Shown: in pieces, positions 58,652 through 64,000 of the stretch
Layout: each line of letters starts with the position of its first letter
How positions within the stretch are numbered: position 1 is the stretch's first letter
Source: Eledone cirrhosa
Taxonomy: Eukaryota
Reading direction: 5' to 3'
Length of the DNA: 64,000 bases
NCBI GenBank assembly: GCA_964016885.1
Contig: OZ024747.1
Coordinates: 6,572,001 to 6,636,000 of the forward strand
Notes under the pieces: model-generated
The model's input: only the letters and a program-made list of their open reading frames with translations
Databases searched by the model: none
What the model was told of the DNA's origin: nothing
Program-made: the position numbers and the translations under genes

Positions 58652-59085
58652 TTGGCAGTATCGGTAGAGGGTCGGACACCATGCTTTGACGCATAGAGTT
58701 ACGACCCTTGCCATTCTGAGTTCAAATCCCGCCGAGGTTAACTTTGCCTTTCATCCTTACGGGGTCGATAAAATAAAGTACCAGTAATGTACTGGGTAAT
58801 TGCTGGCCTTGTGCCAAAAGTAGAAACAATTATATGTGTTTTATAGGGTGACGCGATGTGTCCTTGAGCAAGACACTTTGTAGGGCGATGGATTGGCAGT
58901 ATCGGTAGAGGGTCGGACACCATGCTTTGCAGCATAGAGTTACGCCCCTTTATGATCTGAGTTCAAATCCCGTCGAGGTTAACTTTGCCTTTCATCCTTA
59001 CGGGGTCGATAAAATAAAGTACCAGTAATACACTGGGTAATTGCTGGCCTTGTGCCAAAATTAGACACAATTATGTGTTTTATAG
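58652..59085 (+). mobile_element. Two SINE family 1 copies (58652-58832, 58888-59073) with a family 2 fragment between them
   Basis: Both are followed by tgtgttttatag. Confidence 0.9.
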
Positions 59086-59219
59086 AGTCTTTAACTCCCG
59101 AGGGAGTCGTACTGGAACTGTTCCTAACTTGTGGCATGTCTTAGCCTTTTGAAACCTGCTGGAGCTTATCCCCCACCAGATGTGAACAGACGACTTCTTC
59201 TAGAGAAGGAGAAAGATGT

Positions 59220-59345
59220 ATTGACCCCTAGTATATGACTGGTGTTTTATTTATCGACTTAGAAAGGATGAAAGGTAGAGTTGAGCCAGAACAAATACTG
59301 GGCTATATCTAATTCAACGCCCCAATGAATCGACTACTTCGCCGC
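59220..59345 (-). mobile_element. Diverged SINE family 1 fragment
   Basis: gacccctagtatatgactggt..tttatcgac..aaaggatgaaagg. Confidence 0.6.
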
Positions 59346-59942
59346 CATTTTTGTTTTATACAACTCACTAAAACTGGAAACAGACGATAATTCTTTGTTT
59401 GTTTTTTTGTTTGTTTTTTGCTTGGTTGTTTTTTTTTTTGTATTTCTTAAATAATGAATGTGCAGCTCTAACATGGCCACAGCTCACTGGCTAGAACTAA
59501 TGCAGAGTAAAATATTTATATAGATTATCTAAAGCGAAACGGAGTTAATAGTGTACTTCAATTGATTACAGTGACTTTAAACTATTTGATGACGCGCGTA
59601 GAGAGAGAGAGGGAGAGTGAGTGAGTGAGTGAGTGAGTGAGTGAGTGAGTGAGTGAGTGAGTGAGTGAGAGTAGGTGAGTGAGTGAGTGAGAGAGAGAGT
59701 GAGAGAGTGAGTGAGTGAGAGAGAGCGAGAGAGAAATGGATTCCCCGTCGTTTTTCTATGATAAATATACCTGTTCAATCAACTTTTAATTTACCCACCT
59801 CATTGTACTAGATTCAGTGGTTGAGTATTCCACACATATTCACTCTCTAGTGTTTAGTTGATTCCTTCTTTTCTTAGTATTCTTTCTTTTAGAGGCTGTA
59901 ATTGACTCACCTCTCATTTCAATTTATTTATGCTGTTTTCTG

Positions 59943-60220
59943 TTAACCCTTCAACATTTACATTATTCTATATATACTATATATACGGGGTCGATAAAAT
60001 AAAGTACCAGTAATACACTGGGTAATTGCTGGCCTTGTGCCAAAAGTAGAAACAATTACTCTATATATACTATTGTATTTTCGCGGTAAAGACTTTATCT
60101 CACATAATTATCTCACATAATATCGAACCTATGAGGTTTTGATATTATTTATTTTGAGAACAATACCTTAACATCAATATGAGTGGCCAGTTATGGCCGG
60201 TTTGAATGCTAAAGGGTTGA
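59943..60220. mobile_element. piggyBac-type MITE containing a SINE family 1 3' fragment (59986-60058)
   Basis: Termini ttaacccttcaacattta / tgaatgctaaagggttga; tctatatatactat duplicated around the SINE piece. Confidence 0.6.
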
Positions 60221-60239
60221 TCTTTTGCACCAAAATATT

Positions 60240-60870
60240 TATCTATCCGTCCTAGGTTTACCTGAGACGTAGCCAGCTTCTTTGCCTACTAGTTCTGCAA
60301 TTGGTTTGTATAGGTTATTTATCTCCAGTAGAAAAGTTAGTGGTACATATCCTATAACTTCGAATCTTTAGCTTATTGTTTTACTTTCATCCTATCAAAT
60401 GCTCTGAGGTTGCTATGCTTCTAATTACTATTTTGTTTCAGTTGGTCTCCTATCTTGACCAACCGCTCAATCTTATCATCCTTCCGACTATCCTATCTCA
60501 TTCTCAATTTTATTTTCTCACTATTCCATTCATCTCCTTTTCTACGATGTTTACACTCTGCTTCTTCATTAACTTTACTTACATTAATTTCAGGATCCCC
60601 GTTATTCCCTGTTCGGTTTTCTATGTTTTGTTTTATAGCTTCTAATTTTAGTTTTCATTGAAAGTTATTCTGGTTTATAGATCCTACTTGTCCTGGGAGT
60701 TTCTGGTCTGTTTCTTGAAACACAACTATTTCATTCCAGATTGCCACCATTCTTTTCCTGTAACCTTTCTCATACATTTCGCTCTTGAAGTAACATTTCA
60801 TTACCATCTTGTTGAGTTCCTTTGTCCAAGAAGTTCTAGATAGTTTCTCTTCCCTTTCTATTTGATCATT
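60240..60870 (-). mobile_element. R4/Dong-type non-LTR retrotransposon N-terminal fragment (decayed)
   Basis: SWTKELNKMVMKCYFKSEMYEKGYRKRMVAIWNEI..DQKLPGQVGSI..LEAIK, the conserved R4-clade N-terminal motif. Confidence 0.7.
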
Positions 60871-61321
60871 CCCTACCAGTAATTATCAATCGCATCCCTT
60901 ATTCTTTGTAGCTCTAGTTTTGATAAGTACCCATTACTTTCAATGGAGATTGCCTTTCCAAACAATTTCCTTCATTCTGTCGTTTCCATTCCAAGTCATT
61001 ATTATTATTACATGCTGAGTTCAAGCCAGCTGTGTGTAGAAGGCCTCAACCATGCCTTTTATTCATAATTCCAGGTTCCACAAAAGAAATTACCTGTCAA
61101 GTATTGGTGTAAGTATAAAAGGGAGAGCGTCTCCCGCCCCACTTTCACAATATCTGGTCTTGTACTAATGTTAGAAATCATTACAATATGTTCGCATGTA
61201 TTTATATTGTCACGTTTTTATTTCATTTCATTTTATTTTTGTTTTTGCTTTTATTTTTGTGTGTATTATCGTCATATTTATTTGTATTTCTATTCTTTTC
61301 CTTTTATAGAAGACCAACGTT

Positions 61322-61740
61322 GTGAAACAGCGAACATGTTTATAATAAACATCAAAGTATTATAAGCCATATTCCAATAAAGGAGAAATACTGTGGCTAG
61401 ATATATCTATATATCTAACTGACAAACAGAATTCTGTTTCAATTATTGTAACGACAATCAGTAAGCCAAGTGCCTCTTACACATCTACTAAACAGGTAAA
61501 ATGTTGCCACCTGTATTCCCCACCTCCATATATTGCGAAATATAACAGCGAGCATGTTATAATAATCAATTTAGAAGTATATCACCGCCATATTGCAATA
61601 AACAGCAGAAACCCTACGATATATCTATCTCTTCTATCTGACAGACACTACTCCATTTTCCATTATTATAATGACATTGGTAAACTAAAGCCTTCATGCG
61701 TCTACAGTAGAAGAGATAAAATTCTGCGACCTGTATTCAT
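61322..61740. repeat. Old diverged ~220-bp tandem duplication
   Basis: aacagcga.catgtt..gccatatt.caataaa..ctgaca.aca..acctgtattc occurs twice. Confidence 0.7.
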
Positions 61741-62752
61741 AGTTCCGTTATTGATTTTCGATTCTTTCAAAATCTTGGTGCAACTGCGTGTGCGCACACT
61801 CATACACGCAAACACAACAACACACCGACACACACACAAGCACACACACACAACTATAATCGATTTGAGTACGTTTTCTCTCGTGTGTAAACCAAAAGCA
61901 TAATGTATATATATAGATATATATATACATATATATATATGCATGCATACATACAAAGAAAATTGCTGCGTGAGTCCTTTGATCTCTTGGTTTTGGTGAC
62001 TGACTCTTCTTGACAGTAAACAACACTGTTACAATAATTGATAGAACCACAGAAATCAACCATCAACAGCTAGGTGAAAACCGAAACCTCATTCGTTGGT
62101 TGATAGAAGCTTTAAGTAAATGACGCTGAACGAAAACCTGGCGATAATCACTATCTAACAACATCCAATGACCATTAACTATTGAGCAATTATCCAAAAA
62201 CCTACTCTAATTGATAAAAATATTGAAAGCCACTGACATCAACGGAATGCAACTAAGCATCAATGGACAGAAAAAGTAACAGAATATAAGTGACAACCAG
62301 CAAACAATAAACGATTAGTAAAAGACAGTAACGAATAGCAAACAAAGTCCGTCAAATATTGATCTAAAACGTAAGCACAAGATCCCAGATTCACTAAGTG
62401 GAATGGAGCCGAGAAAGCAAAGCAACGTAACAACAGTGCTTTTCTCTTTCACTTAACCAACCTGACTAGGTCTTAAATAGTTTAGTTGGAATGGCTCTTC
62501 CTCTGCATCTCACTCACCATCCTTCGGGGAAACGCCTTCCCCATTCTGTCCGCCGGGGCTGTGGGGAGGCCAGCACGTGGAACCCCATTTGCTCACCATA
62601 CAGAGAGATGGGGGGGGGGGGATGGAGGCAATGACAGTGGGAGTTCAGCTCTTCCAAGTTCGGACCATATCCTTGTGGTTGTGTTCATTATCTATAGAGT
62701 AATTAGCAGTCTCTTAATTAAATACTGTTAATCAGGAGTTATAAACTTTCTT

Positions 62753-62882
62753 GCCCTTGCCATTCTGAGTTCAAATCCCACCGAGGTTAACTTTGCCTTT
62801 CATCCTTACGGGGTCGATAAAATAAAGTACCAGTGATACACTGGGATAATTGCTGGCCTTGTGCCAAAAGTAGAAACAATTA
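62753..62882 (+). mobile_element. SINE family 1, 5'-truncated
   Basis: Match to consensus. Confidence 0.9.
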
Positions 62883-63772
62883 ATTTTCTTTGTTTAGTGT
62901 TTGCCGCTGTACTGCTTCCACTGCTGTCGTCTTCGTCGCCATAGCGGAAGCTGCCAGCGGCGACCGGAAACACATGAGACTATCAAAAGATAATTATCTA
63001 ATTATAATTCGTTGCTGAATGTTGTTGTTGTTGTTGTTGTTTAGTTCTGATCGAACAAATCTATGATAAAAAAAAATGACTCAGCTGTGGTTATCCCATC
63101 TTTCCACCTATACTGTGCATCTAGGAGCACATGGCCCAATGTGTCCTACCTTTTTAATATTGTTAGGGTGTGATTTGAATGAAATGTAGCTGCTATTTTT
63201 GGCAGATCGATCGTCTACGTTGAGGCTCTTTCTTTCGTTCATTCTGCTAAATGTCGAGCCATGCGAGTGTGTGATGTAAACCAGAGGTGAACTTGCAAAT
63301 GGTTCAAAATCTAAACCTAATCCTGGGGCCAGTATTTTTCACTGCGAAGAGGTTGGATAACTGTGATACAATTCTGTAAGTTAGGGAGCATAAATGAAGT
63401 TTAAAATGGATACAACTGAGTCGTGAATTCGGCTAGCCGAGGCCATATTGCTTTTTTACGGTGTTCATTACTTTGCACCGATCATATACAGATTGGCTCC
63501 ATGTGTATCTAAGCACCAGCCTGGTTACTGTATAGGAGTCTATATAACTATTACATTCTATATCCACTGTATAACTGATAAACATTAAAATTAACGCCAG
63601 TGGGATTTGAACTCATTCCAGTGAGGTATTGAATTTGATACATTTAAAGAATCCAGTTTGACAATCTATTTTATCGGATATCTCCAAATTAAATTTGTTT
63701 GACAGCTAGAAAAAAACTAAACGATCAAGTTTCAGTTTAACATTTCATAACAGATGGGAATAAAAGATTATG

Positions 63773-63975
63773 GGTGAGAAAATCGGTAGAGCGCCAGAAA
63801 ACATCCCTAGAGATAGTAATTATATTATTTTACGTTCTGAGTTCAAATCACGCCAATCAGTTGATTTTGTTTTTCATCCTTCTGGCGTCCATCAGATAAG
63901 TACGAGTCGATTTAATCGATCTTGTCCTCCTCCCGCTTAAAATCAGTTTCTGGCCTTGAGCCAATGTTAACACAC
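63773..63975 (+). mobile_element. Diverged SINE family 1
   Basis: aatcggtagagcg..tacgttctgagttcaaatc..tttcatcct..ggccttg. Confidence 0.7.
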
Positions 63976-64000
63976 CAGTAATCAATAGCAGACGAGAACA

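Noticed and set aside
61748-62059. ORF with hydrophobic N-terminus (MISVVLSIIVTVLF)
   Set aside because: Non-ATG start, runs into microsatellite, no recognisable homology.

Overview
AT-rich, repeat-saturated eukaryotic DNA, most likely from a coleoid cephalopod (octopus-like). That assignment is an inference from the two tRNA-derived SINE families and the extreme (TA)n/(CA)n load. I see no convincing host protein-coding exon, and nearly all ORFs in the supplied track are microsatellite read-through. Recognisable content: a frameshifted Penelope-like (PLE) reverse transcriptase fragment (about 8915-11270), fragments of RTE, R4/Dong and L1/Tx1 LINEs, a decayed piggyBac transposase, about 20 SINE copies, a 200-N gap followed by a 4.2-kb 20-bp G-rich satellite, and several minisatellites. 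The strongest signal lies in the short unique-looking islands between (TA)n tracts. Many carry type I hammerhead ribozyme motifs (stem I-CUGANGA-stem II-GAAA-short, often palindromic stem III-UH-stem I) from several unrelated sequence families. Stems are preserved by sequence changes between copies, and a U3-A8 core variant occurs twice. Many islands are fold-back palindromes whose inversion point lies in or next to the ribozyme. These look like PLE terminal-repeat-derived, (TA)n-targeted ribozyme mini-elements. All structures were folded by eye and boundaries are approximate.
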